Assembly (NCBI RefSeq): GCF_036321535.1
Contig: NC_087437.1
Span: forward strand, 5,208,001 to 5,272,000
From: Camelus dromedarius
Lineage: Eukaryota
Direction: 5' to 3'
Length of the DNA stretch: 64,000 bases
The position numbers were made by a program, and so were the translations under genes. The notes under the pieces are model-generated. The model was not told the origin of the DNA and did no database searches. It saw nothing but the letters and a program-made list of their open reading frames with translations. Each line of letters starts with the position of its first letter. Position 1 is the first letter of the stretch. Positions 1 to 11,900 of the stretch are shown in pieces.

Positions 1-491
1 CAGATATAAAAATTTAACATGTTTTAAAAGTTTTATTGAACTCCTGAGAGTCCAGGAGATGTTATAACCAGTTCAAAAGCAAATCCACAGGGCAGACCCA
101 TTTATAGATGAGGAATATTGGAAAGAATATGTAAATAAATGCAGGCAGAACTGGCCTTTCCACAGGGCAGGAGGGCAGACAGTTGACCCTTTCCTGGACA
201 GTCCGGGACATGCGTACTTAGAGACAACAGTGACCTCGCGGTGTCGTCAGCTGCCTTCAACTACAGAGTTCAAACAGCTCAAAGACAGTGAGAGGCTAGG
301 TGCAGATAAATTGGAGGTTCTTTGACCTCTAGACAGACCATAGTTTTCTATTGAAATACATTCTTTCCTCTACCCTGGAAACAGAGTTCCTCGCCGGCCC
401 CCCATCCCATCCAAATCCCCAGGGCTTCCCTTGACCCCAATCTGTTGTCCCCTCCCCAACTCAGCACCGATTTAACTCTGAAGATCTACCT

Positions 492-562
492 TGTGTCTCT
501 GTCTCTCTCTCTCTCCTTCCCTCCCCCAGTCTCTGTAGCTCTCTCTTTCACACACACACACA
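492..562. repeat. Compound (TC)n/(CA)n microsatellite
   Basis: tgtgtctctgtctctctctctctcc...ctctctttcacacacacacaca. Confidence 0.8.
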
Positions 563-1139
563 AACCCAATACAATATCATATATAAAATCACATAAGAGA
601 ATTTTAAAGTACAATACAGAATGAGTACAGCGAGGTGCAGAGAAGGCGCAGTGCAGACAAGCTGCAGGCGTCTGGGGGGAGGGCTCTGGGGCTGTGGTGG
701 TGAGGTAGGAGCCCTCTCTAACCAGGTCTGGGGCAGGCACAGGGAGGGGCTGTGGGTCCAAAGGTGGTGGTGACTTCAGCTCCTTGGAGGTAAAAAAAAA
801 AAATCACCCTGAGAGTTACACTCATGGAAATGAGGCATCTCTCTTTTTATTTGAAATAGGAACGTGGTTTTAAATGCTTCTGTTACCTCGCGTTGGTGAT
901 GAAGTCGAATGGCCTCCCACCTCTGCACACCTGTGGGAGGCGTCCCCGAGCGCTCTCTGATGCCGTGTATGCTTCCAGCACCGTCCCTCCAGTTGTGAGG
1001 TGGGCGCTGTCCTTGGAATCAGTTCCCCTCCTTGGGAACAGACAGAAGCTGGGCAGGGAGGGTCCCAGCTTGTGCAGAGGGGCGGGGCGGGGCAGAGCTC
1101 CCTGGCCGCCCTGGAGTGTGTGCAAAGTAGCCCGATTAA

Positions 1140-1597
1140 TAACAGGCCTGTTTCCCAGCCCCCGTCCCTGCGCTTGGCACGTGGAGGGTGTTTAGCAAAT
1201 ACTTATCAAGTAAATAGTGGCAGCAAGTGTTGACTTTAGCACTTCCCACCTGCTTTGCTTGTGTTGGTCCTTCGAGCCTCCTGACAACCCTGCGAGACAG
1301 GTGCTGGTGTTCTCCACGCTTTACACAGAGAGAAACTGGCCGCACATCAAGCTGGAGAAAGACAAAGCGAGAACGTGGGTGACTCTGAAGCGGGCGCTGT
1401 GCTAAGTGCTTACATCCATGATTCCACCGGATCCTGCAAGCTACCCTGGGGATGAAAATCATTGTCTCTCTTTTACTGGGGGAGAAACAGAAGCTCAGAG
1501 AAGGGAAACCATTTCCTAAAGCCACACAGCTAATAAGTGGCAGACCTTGGATTCGAACCAAGGACAGTCGACAGCGGTGCTTAGACCTGTGTCCTTT
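1140..1597. mobile_element. Cluster of old L2 3' end and MIR fragments
   Basis: L2 tail 'ttggcacgtggagggtgtttagcaaatactt'; MIR core 'ttttactggggagaaacagaagctcagagaagg...gccacacagctaataagtggcagacc...ggattcgaacc'. Confidence 0.65.
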
Positions 1598-1602
1598 ACC
1601 TG

Positions 1603-1990
1603 GACTGTCCAATATGGGCGCCACAAGCCCCAGCAGCTTGTGGACATGGGCCCTTGAAGTAATGGTAGTATGGCTGAGGAACTGACTTCTTAATTTTATT
1701 TCATCTGAATTTAAGTGTAAATTTTAAAAGCCCCCGGCCGCCACCAAAAGGGGAGGGAGGGTATAGCTCAGTGATAGGTGCTTGCTTAGCATGCATGAAG
1801 TCCCTGGATTCAATCCCCAGTACCTCTGTTAAAAAAATTAAATTAAATTAAAATATTAGGGGAGGGGGGTATAGCTCAGCGGTAGAGGGCATGTCAGCAG
1901 GCACAAGGTCCTGGGTTCAATCCCAGTACCACCACTAACAACAACAAAAGCCCCGTGTGGCTAGTGGCTACCACTCTGGACAGTGCAGCT
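1603..1990. mobile_element. MER3-like hAT DNA transposon, split by SINE insertion
   Basis: Inverted ends ctgtccaatatgg... and ...gtggctagtggctaccactctggacagtgcag, with internal 'ctgaggaactga...taattttatt'. Confidence 0.75.
1750..1945 (+). mobile_element. Two tandem tRNA-derived (vic-1-type camelid) SINEs
   Basis: Two units of gggagggtatagctcag (A box)...ggttcaatccc (B box)...agtacc with A-rich tails; aaaagcccc at 1726-1734 and 1946-1954. Confidence 0.9.
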
Positions 1991-3606
1991 CTGGGATGCA
2001 AAAGCCCTGCTAAGTGCATCTGGGGGTGTTGCTGAGGCCAGTGATAACCAGTGGGCCGTGTTTGCCCCCAACCTCGGCTTAAGGTCCCACAGATGTCATT
2101 CACATTAAGTAGGCTGGCCCCTGGGAAGGAGGACACATGGACCAGAGAGGTTTTGGCCACACATGCCCTTGTGCATTGTGTCCCATGGGGCTGTGGCTTC
2201 CCCCTCGGGCCCTGGCTGCTGTCAGTTCAGAGTTACTCTGGAGAGAGCTTGTCTTCTCCCCGCTTCTCCGTCCCCCTCCCCTCAGTCCCCAGCCCCGGGC
2301 ACAGCAGTCACCTCAAGGTGGCCCCTTCAGGCACGCCAGGACAGCTCCAACAGAAACTGGAAGAGTCATTCGCTTGCTCAAAGTCACATCAGAACAGAGC
2401 TGGGATAGCTCTCCAAAGTCATTTCTCTGACTTCCCGCCCTGGTATTACAGTGGAGAGACCAAGGCCTGGACAGGTGACCAGTACCGTCCTTGGCCTCTG
2501 CCCAGGGCCTGGTCCCACTGAGCCCACAGATGGGCAGGAACACATGGCAAGCGCGGAGAACAGGAGCCATCTGGCCGGGGTCAGGCGCTCCTCTGCCTTC
2601 TCAAGTCCATGCAGTGTTTAGTTCCTTAACATTCATGGTGAGGAAGGTGTGTGTTTTGCAAAGAGAACAAAGTTTCCAATCATTTAACTAACACATATAT
2701 TCCTGTCACTTATTGTTGAAAAGTATTTCGCTTATGTTCTTAAAATTTCTCTGTAACGTAGTTCTATTTTTTTTAAATCCTCCCCCTCCCCTTTGCACAG
2801 AGATTCAGCTCAACTCATAAACAAAGAAAATGCTTGGAGCCTACTTATTGATTGAATGTCACTGCTTATCCATCTGGGGGTAACTATTAATAATCTTAGC
2901 CCTTTTACAAGCAGAAAGTCCTTTTTCATTTCAGTCTAACTTCACTATTTTTTTTTCCTCTCTACCTCAGCAGGGTGTGCTGAGGGCTGAGCCAAGACAG
3001 ATGGACACGTTGCAAGTAGGCTGTTTCTTGCTACGAATATATAAACTGCAACTGGCACTTTCGGCTCACGGTCCAGAGTTTAAGGTTTCAGGTATGGCCA
3101 CACAGATCATATCAGACTTGAAGTGTGAACTTCTTACCTGATTTGAAACAGTCTGGATAACAAACTGCTGGGCACCTCAGGGAATTTGTTGCAGTAAAAA
3201 CACTCAAAAGGAATCGTTCCCCAAATTCCAGCAACCAGGTAACAGACACATCAGTAAGGTGGGTAATCCTGGTTTCCATGACTACCCACTTTTAATGACA
3301 TCATATGAGCATATGTCCCATTTCTCTCTATAATTAGAGCTAGTAAATACCATAATATGGATATACGGCAGATTTTGCAGGCATTAACCAATTATTACTA
3401 GAGTTACGTTGCTCTGAATTCAAATATGGAAAACACAGCCCAGAAGCAAAAATTAATCCCGTGGGATTGTTACCTGCTGTCTGGCCAGCAAGATGAGAGA
3501 GGCGGACTTGTTTTCATGTTTCCGTTAACACGAGGATAATGAAGTCAGCATCGTAGCCTGATCTAAATGACATCGTGCTAGTATCACTTTACCTGATGAA
3601 CAACAG

Positions 3607-4215
3607 TGAGTGTCGCGCCCCTGCTCCGCTCCCCCGACACTGAGGATGGTGACAATTATCGAAGCTGCGACTCCGGGACTACATTTCCCAGAACCCCGTT
3701 TCCCGGATGGTCCTGGGTGAGCACGGACCGCCGGGGAAAGCTTGTGCGAGGTTTGGAAGCCAGAAGGAAAGGGGCAGACACATGTTTATGCTCTGAAGGC
3801 TGGAGCAGAGCACCGGGAACTGTGGGTGCTCAGGCGCACTGCTGCTGTTGTGCCCGCTTGCCTCGTCCTGCGCCAGCTACTTCTCCGACTCCCTGGGGAA
3901 GGGCGCCCGCTTTCCCCGGAAGTCCCCACCGCCGCCAGGCTGGAGGCGAGCAGAGACAGGTAGGCTCCAGTCTGTATTTTCTCTGGTTCACACCAAGGTT
4001 TTTTTCCCCCCAGCTACGAGTTTGGCTGAGCTGTAGCTACTTCAGGCTCAGTTCAGCACCAGATGCAGAGATAACAGTCTTGTCTTGATGCCCCCTTCTC
4101 GCCCCGATAGCCACGTGAAGTCTGACCCTCTAACAGATCCCTTGTTCTCCACCGTTCACGGTTCTTCTGCTTCTCTGCACTGAACCCTGACACATCCCGG
4201 CTGAGTTCCTTGTTG
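3607..4215. mobile_element. Ancient ERVL-type LTR (LTR33/LTR16-like), CpG-rich
   Basis: 'actacatttcccagaacccc...gatggtcctgggt...gcgaggtttggaag' resembles these families; boundaries approximate. Confidence 0.55.
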
Positions 4216-5417
4216 TCCGAACTTTTAAATTCAGGTTAAGTTTCTTGGGCATAGTCTTGAGTCATTTCTGATAGAGCAAGAAATATGTAAGATTAAATTG
4301 TTGTTTTTGAGTCCTTACTGCATGCAAACACTGTGCTGCTTTACATATATTCTTTCATTTAATCTCGTTGAATGGCCCAAAGCCCCCATCCACGCTGGTT
4401 CACTCTTGTCATTATCACCGATTGGTAGTTTAGAGATGGCTACAGTAATATTGCAAGTTCTGCCATTTGAGGTTGTAGATGGGGACGCCATGCCCTCCGG
4501 GGTGACCCTGGGTGTCCTGTGCTGCTGTTATGTAAACAGCCAAGAGCACAGGTGATACCCACTAAGAGTTGGTTTCCCCTCTTTCCCACCCTCAATTTCG
4601 GTGTTAATCTTTGCCCAAAGGTATGAACTTCAGCCCTATCCAAGAGCTCAGCTCCTCTCTAAGGATGAGGTCTAGCCCCAGATCTTTGCCTGGTGATGCC
4701 TGGTAACTGGTCTGCTCCCGGTCAGGTCTCAGGTGAGAACTGCTTACCTGTCTCAGTCTCAGGGGTGGACCCACTGCAGCAACGCCTGTGCTCTGTACCA
4801 CTTACTGGGATGCCTCACCCCTTACGACATTCACCCTAATACGGGAGCCACTTCGTATGGAAACCCTTCCCCCATCAAATACCCCTCATTTGCCAGGACC
4901 AAGGTGGCTGTCTTCCTTGGACACCCCTCTCCCATTTTAAGCATTTTCTGAGCTAGGGATAGTATTTTTAACTGATTTTTTTTCATGTGCCCTTTGTTTT
5001 AAACCCTTAAAAAGGAATCATTTGTAAGATGGTTTCCTGGTCAAATATGAAATCATGAGCAGTTTCCTTTGTAGGAAGTAGGAAATGGCAGGTGTCCTCA
5101 AAGTTAAAAGAAATCCTAATTCCACCTGCAGAAGCGGTCACTTTTGTCAGGTGTGTAATTAGCAGCCGGAATGTGTCTGGGACAATGTGATTGTCTGCTT
5201 AAGTAGGGGCACAGCTCAGGAGCTGCCCAGATTGGGCACTCCTACTGGGGTCATCAGCCCGGCGTGGGCTCTGCAGTCACTTGTTCAGGCTGACTGCACA
5301 CCTGAACACAGAGCAGGTGGCCCACTGAGCCCATGCTCTTGTCCCAGGTGCTAACAAGGTGTGACCATTGAGAAAGCTGGATCCTTTGCGATGGTGAATT
5401 TTCTTTTCCAGAGGAGT

Positions 5418-5700
5418 CCGCTGGTTCTTAGCTCGGGCTACACGTTAGAATCCCCAGGGAGACTATGGACCCTGATGCCCAAGCTGCACGTGGACCAATG
5501 AAGTCTCTGTCGGGCAGCATGGGTTGAAAAGCTCTCCAGGTGATTCTAATGTGCTGCCAAGTTTAACACCAGCTCTGGACCCGTGGTTCTCACACTCGAG
5601 CTGCCTCAGAACTACCTGGAGGGCTTGTCCAAACCCAGCCCCAGAGAGACTCCGTGAGTGTGGGGGAAGGGCGTCCAATACTCTGCACTTTTCATATTTA
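5418..5700. mobile_element. MER5A/B-like hAT elements (one near-complete, one partial)
   Basis: ggttctt...cacgttagaatcccc...ctctccaggtgattctaatgtgctgccaagttt; the second starts gtggttctcacactcgag. Confidence 0.65.
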
Positions 5701-6600
5701 TTTTAGTAATGCTGTCAACGCTCAAGACAATGAATTCCTTCTGGCATTAGAATAGTTAACTTTTTGGGAGGAGGGGCGCATGCGACAGGCATGGCGGTGA
5801 CCGTTTTGGTCACTAGCTCATTTAATCGTTTTCACGAGGCTGGTTCATTCCCATCCAGACCCAAGAGGCCTTCCGTCTACCCTTCGTCAGGTCGCGGGCG
5901 GTGGCCCCTCTGCAGCATGTCAGGTGGCTGGTTTCCTCCCGGGCCCCGACCCCGGCCGGCACCCTGTCTTCCAGTCGCGGGTAAGCCCGTGATGGCAGAA
6001 ACCTACGTCTCCTCCTCTTTCAGTGCCGGGCAGGTGGTAACACTCCACGGACCCTTGTCGAGTGAATGAATCCAGAGCGACCGTGGGAAAAAGGTACTAT
6101 TATGGTCTATATTTCACAGACCAGGACACAGAGATACAAAAAGATTTAAGAAATTTGTCCAAGATCACAGGGGAGGAACCAAGATTCAAACTGTGTCCTG
6201 ACTGGAGCTGGGCTCTCAGACCACTGACCATTAATCTTAAGTAAAATATCACCCTTCTTTCCCTGCAATAAACTGAGTAACTCACCTAAGAATGTCAACT
6301 ACCTCTGCCTTACTGCCACTTAATTGAAAGCTATTTCCCCCCCAAATAACAAAAATCCAGAACTGAAACCCATGTGGCTGAACTGCAATTTTTTTCATTG
6401 CAGTGGCAATTTCTTCCCTATTTAAAAACTGTACTGTCCATACTAGAAACCTACTTTCAGCGTCCCAAAGCAGGTGAAGACTTCACCTCATATACAATCA
6501 CATTATAACCTTTTGATACATAATGTTGGTATTTAGGGGAAGAAAAACATGAAAACAAATGGATGTGAAGAATCTGTCTTTACTTAGCATGCCAGTAAAA

Positions 6601-6606
6601 TTTATT
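6601..6606 (-). terminator. Candidate distal DPH3 polyadenylation signal (alternatives at 7469-7474 and 7573-7578)
   Basis: tttatt on + (AATAAA on -) 1.3-2.3 kb downstream of the DPH3 stop; which one is used cannot be told from sequence. Confidence 0.4.
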
Positions 6607-8870
6607 CTGATAATAAATTAATAGGTACAGTTATCCAAAATAACTTTCCAAGGGTGCTTTCCAAGAGAACGGTTTCTGAGCAGGTAAACTAAAGTATACG
6701 CAGAATCCTCCAACAGCTGACTGCTGAGGTGCTGTGATGGTGATGCTGAGTTACTGAAGACTGGATTCTCCTTCTCATCGTTAGTTTTTAGTTTAGGAAG
6801 GTTTCAACTACCATTCAGCTCCTGCAAGCTACAAAGCCTAAAACCAGAGTACTGAGTTTAGAAGTGACCTGGGCCAGCCTCCTAATTGTACAGGTGAGGA
6901 TCCCACTGGCCTGGCCGGAGGTTACAGAGCTAGCCAGACAGAGCCTGGGTTACAGATCAGCCCTCAGAGGTGCTCTGGCACGTCCGCCACACAGAACTCT
7001 AGCCACACCTGTAAGACCCTGGTTTTACTTTCTGCTTAACGTAGGATTAAGTCCTGGTGTGTCCTCTGTGGTTAACAAATGTAGTGCCTCAGCTGCTCTG
7101 GAGGTCGGCACTGATGGCGCCATGTGCTCTTTTCCTTCTGTGCTGTTTGGACTTGGGCAGCTTTCCTCCCTGCTCGTCAGTGCTCACAGTAAACCCGGAC
7201 ATCAGGGTGTCCGTTCTTGTCTGAAATGCGCCATCAGCTGAGGAAGCTAACGGTATCAGTAACCAGACCCACCAGGTCTGAGGGTGGGACAGTACATTTC
7301 TCTGTGCAGCTCGACCCCATCAGTAAGCACACACACTGCTCTGTTCACCTGAGCCGTCACTGATTCCCAGGCAACCGTGGATTACTTCTGGGGCGTCAGT
7401 GTGCCATCAGGAACATGCCATATGCTTCACATAATGTACCAAGCAGTCTGGCATATAATTTTTGGTGATTTATTGTGTCTCAGAATAACGGCTCCACACA
7501 GCCATGCTGCTGGCAGCTAAAAAAGGCCCCTCGCCTGTTTGAATCTAAACCCCCAACGGCGTGTGCAGCACATTTATTGGTTAGTAACAGAATATCCAGT
7601 CTGTTTTTTCTCTAATTGGAGGAGCCCTTCCCAGAACAACCTACCAGATATCAGCGAGGTTTTTTCAACTTTATATACATAGAGCAATGGTGGGTATATA
7701 AAAGGAATTTTGGAATTTAAATGCAGATGATTCCAACTTCCTGCTCCTCTCAGCACTGCAGCAAAGGAGACTGAGCGCCTGTCTCCACGTCTCTTTCTCC
7801 ATGGCAACGTTTCTCTGTGACAGTGGGTGTCTGGTGTGGTCACAGCGTCTAGAGGCTTACTAGATGCGCCCTCAGGGGCATATTTAACTAGGACAGGCAT
7901 CTCATTTCCAAGCTCATCCTCAGCAAATACAACGGTTGTTGTGGGAGCTCTACCTTGCAGACTAGTGACTCGATTGGGCGGTACTGCTGAAAGCACAGCC
8001 ACGAAGACATTCACCCCTCCCTGGAGTGAAATCTCATTAGCCTTACCTCAAAACAGATACAGACAAGAACCCAGACACAGGAGGAGTATTTGCTGATTTC
8101 ACAAACCCACTCAAGCATTTAAATCACGAAGCAGGCATATTCTTCTCTCAGTCTGTTACCAATTTCACTTCCTTTATCTGTTTTTCTGCTTCTCTTGTCC
8201 TGATTTTCAAGGAACATGCAGAATCTTGGAAACGAAACTCCACCTTCTCAGACCATTTCACTTTTTGACTTTTCCTCTTCACTCACTAACTTTTAGCTCT
8301 GAAAAAACTGTGAGCTCAGTGTATCTCCTCTTTAACAGCACGACCAGAACTCAGTGTATGTGGCATAAGTGAAATGGCACACTGAACAGAACACAGGCAC
8401 TTGACTGAGGGCCAGACCTCAGGGACTGGTGTGTCCTGACCAGCTAGTGGGCAACAAAATTTCTTCGGTTTAGAACTGCAAAGCTGAGGTCAAATGACAA
8501 AGGGCTAACTTTAATCATCTTAATAACAAACTGAAAAAATAAAATCCCCATTTTTTTAAATTAAAGAATCTGAATGACTTTGAGGTAGATACGCTGTTTG
8601 CAGATAATGAGATAATTGTGTGTAAGATATAAAACATAACACAACGGAGGGGAAGAAAGCACTGCTTTGAAATTATCTTCCTTTAAATTCAGATGGAAAA
8701 TTAAGAACATGTCCACATGGGCTCACTTCTTTGAGGATGAACTTGGCGGCCGATGGAAGGAGTCCACGCCCTAATGGAGCAGCAAACTACAAAAGCCGGT
8801 AACTTTGCATTTGATTTTTCCAGCTTGGCTCAGTTCCCAAAGTTCATGCTTTTGATTCCTAAAGTCCTCT

Positions 8871-8936
8871 TCAGCATTTAACTAATTCTTTGTTGGTGGA
8901 AGGGGCTGGGACTGTTTCTCCACACGTAAACTGATC
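8871..8936 (-). CDS. DPH3: DPH3 coding exon 3 (coding part)
   Basis: tcttag|GAT acceptor, [21 protein letters not shown] then TGA at 8873-8871. Confidence 0.97.
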   Translation of the reverse strand, partial: DQFTCGETVPAPSTNKELVKC

Positions 8937-11900
8937 CTAAGACAGAACAAGAAATCACATTAACCACCGAGCGTCTGTGTCACACATGCAACAACGTGAA
9001 GACTCGCTTTGGTACAGAATCAGGCCAGCTCTGCCAACTTCTCCCTTTCCTCCATCACTTCTCCTCGTTCAGGGAGTCAGTGTCAGCGCCAGAATCAGAA
9101 TCTTTTTTTTTTTTAACATTTTTTATTGATTTATAATCGTTTTACAATGTTGTGTCAAATTCCAGTGTTCAGCACAATTTTTCAGTTATTCATGGACATA
9201 TACACACTCATTGTCACATTTTTTTCTCTGTGAGTTATCATAACATTTTGTGTATATTTCCCTGTGCTATACAGTGTAGTCTATTCTACAATAATCTTAA
9301 AAGCATATCAGTTTTAGTCTTGAATTTAATGCACCTCATCTTATAAACAAACAGGTCCATCTTCACTACAGAGTATCCACATTTCTAAAAGACATGTCAC
9401 ACCTTTTAAGTTTCTGTCCTAATTACTACTTACACTAAGACTTCTCCACTTCAGTATGTGGTCACTCAAACACCTGCCCTCTTCAAAGTAATTACTTCTT
9501 CCAACTAAAAGGCAGAGCTCTTTATGTTCAACACAGATAATCTGCAATGTCAGCTACTTTGGAAATGAAGTTCAGTCTCTTGATTATTTACTTTAGCTCC
9601 TGCCAGCCAGCCCAGGAAACCTCTGCCTCCGAGGGTACCCCTCACCTCCTGACCCCATTATGATCAGCCTGTAATCTGTCCCCATCAACCTCTCACTCCT
9701 GCCCAGCACCTGGAACCCTCCCACTGTGATCTCCAGAGTTTACGGTCCACCCTCAGTGAGGTGCTCTGTATATTCTCAACCTCTTTAAAAACATCCCCAC
9801 GCCTTGTTCTAACGCGAGGTTCTCAAGGGGTGGTAGGAGGGAGGGGTTGCTTTTGTCTCTGGGGGCATTTGGCGATGTCTGGAGACGTTTGGGTTGACAC
9901 ACTGGGTGGTGGTGCTACTGGCATCTAAGGGGCAGAGGCCAAGATGCTACCGAACACCCCACAATGCACAGGACAGCTCTGCGCAACAGTTATTCAGCCC
10001 CAGTGCCCACAGTGCTGAGGTGGAGAAGAGGCCATCCCCTGAGGACACGGTCTCCCCCACGACCCCTCGAGAGGCAGCTGTGTGTTTCCGCAGAGCCCCA
10101 CAGACTGGAGGAGGGGCTGGCTCTTCCTTCTGCCATTACTCCCTCTCTCAAACCCACCAACTCTGAGTCTTGTGCATGAGACTATCATCACTCCCCCTCT
10201 CCGGGGCTGTCATCTATCCCCTGGGATCCCTCACTCCACCCTCAACCCCCGGGACCCCCACTGCCCCTCAGTCACGAATATTTCCCTAGTTTCAATTCCC
10301 TGGTCAGTTATCACAACAGCTGCCCTTCCCTCACACCTTCTTACTCACTTGGCAGAACCACAACCCTCATTCAATCTAACTTGCTGCGTCTACACTCACC
10401 CGTGGAGCTGAGTGTCTACCTCAACCCCCCTCCTGATGCTCACCCCGACCAGTCCTGCCGCAGGTCCCTGCTCCCTCCGCAGCAACCTCCCCAAGAGACA
10501 CCTCCCCCTGCCGCCTCCCACGCGTTTTCTACCACCCAGGCTCTGCCTCCGTGACTCCCCTGAAGCTGCTCTCATCACCGTCATGGGTGGCCTCCCCGTG
10601 ACGGCTCATAGTTAATTTTCAGTTCTCAATCTATCAGCACTTCCTTCCCTTTTCCTGCCTGGCTTCCAGGATACAGCACTGGTGGTTTTCCTCCTTCCTC
10701 GGCGGGTGCTCCTTTTAGCCAGCTCTGCTGATGCTCCGCTTCCCTCCCTGCCCTCTCAGTGCTGGGGAGCCCCAGGGCTCAGTCCCACCTTGGGTCCATC
10801 ACTACACTCACAGCCTGGTGATCTCTCCCAGTCTCACGGCTCTAAATGCTCTCTATATGCTGATCACTCTTGGAACTCCAGACCTGCATATCCAATTGCC
10901 TTCTCACCCACTCCACGGATGAAAATAGACCTCTCAAACTGAGTATGGCCAGTGCACGCCCCTGTACCTGCAGTCCCCTCCCCTCAGTGGATGGTAAATC
11001 CACCCTTCTGGTTATGAAGGCCATAAACATTGAAATCCTCCTTGATTCCTCTCAAATCCTACGACCAACTCTACCCTCCAACTCTACCCTTTAAAGTGCA
11101 TCCAAAACCTAACCACTTCTCACTACCTCCACTGCTGCAGCCTGGTCCAAGCCACCCGTCTCCTCCTTAGATTAGTCCAGCAGCCTCCTAACTGTACTCT
11201 GCTTCTCTTCTTGCGCCCTCAACAGTCCACCCTGAACAGAGCAGCCAGCATCATTCTTTTAAACTGAAGCTGGATCACAGCACTCCTTTGTTCAAGAATC
11301 CTCCAGGGGTTTCCCAAAGCATGCACAGCAAAGCCAAAGTCCTTTTAAAAGTGGTCCACAAACACTGTGTTCTGCCCCACTCCCTGCATTTCATCTCAGA
11401 GCGCTCTCACCCTCCTTTCTCTGCCCTGGCCCCCTTGCCGCTCCTTGATACAACTGGGCATATTCTGGCCTCAGGGCCTCTTCAGTGAAAGTTCGCTTTG
11501 CCAGACGTCTTTTCCCCTCTCAACCCCCTCTCTGTACAGGGCTCACTCCCTCATCTCTTTCAATCTCTGCTCAGTAAGGCCTTTCTTAATAAGACCTGCT
11601 GTGATCACTCTAAAATTGCAAATCCTTCTCATACCAGCATTCCTGATCTCCCTTGTCCTGCCCTCTTTTTCTTCCAGAACACATTTAAATGCAGGAATAA
11701 ATCAGTAAGCCTCTAAAGTGTAGTCTAAGTTACAGCCTGCTTCTGTCCTGAGGCTAAGTGCCTTGATTCTTCCTTATGAATGTTAAGCTCTGTTATAGGT
11801 CAATTATATCTCAAAAACAAAAACCCAGAAAAAAAGAATGTTAAGTTTATTACTTAAGACTCCCTTCAAAGTACTGAACAAAAGTTTAAGTGAAGGTGGG

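Noticed and set aside
1750..1945. tRNA-like sequences with A and B boxes (also 16055, 18511, 19038, 24962, 30960, 51011)
   Set aside because: A-rich tails, TSDs and divergence mark them as SINEs, not tRNA genes
7695..7704. TATA-like TATATAAAAG on +
   Set aside because: Lies in the AT-rich probable DPH3 3'UTR with no supporting promoter or exon structure
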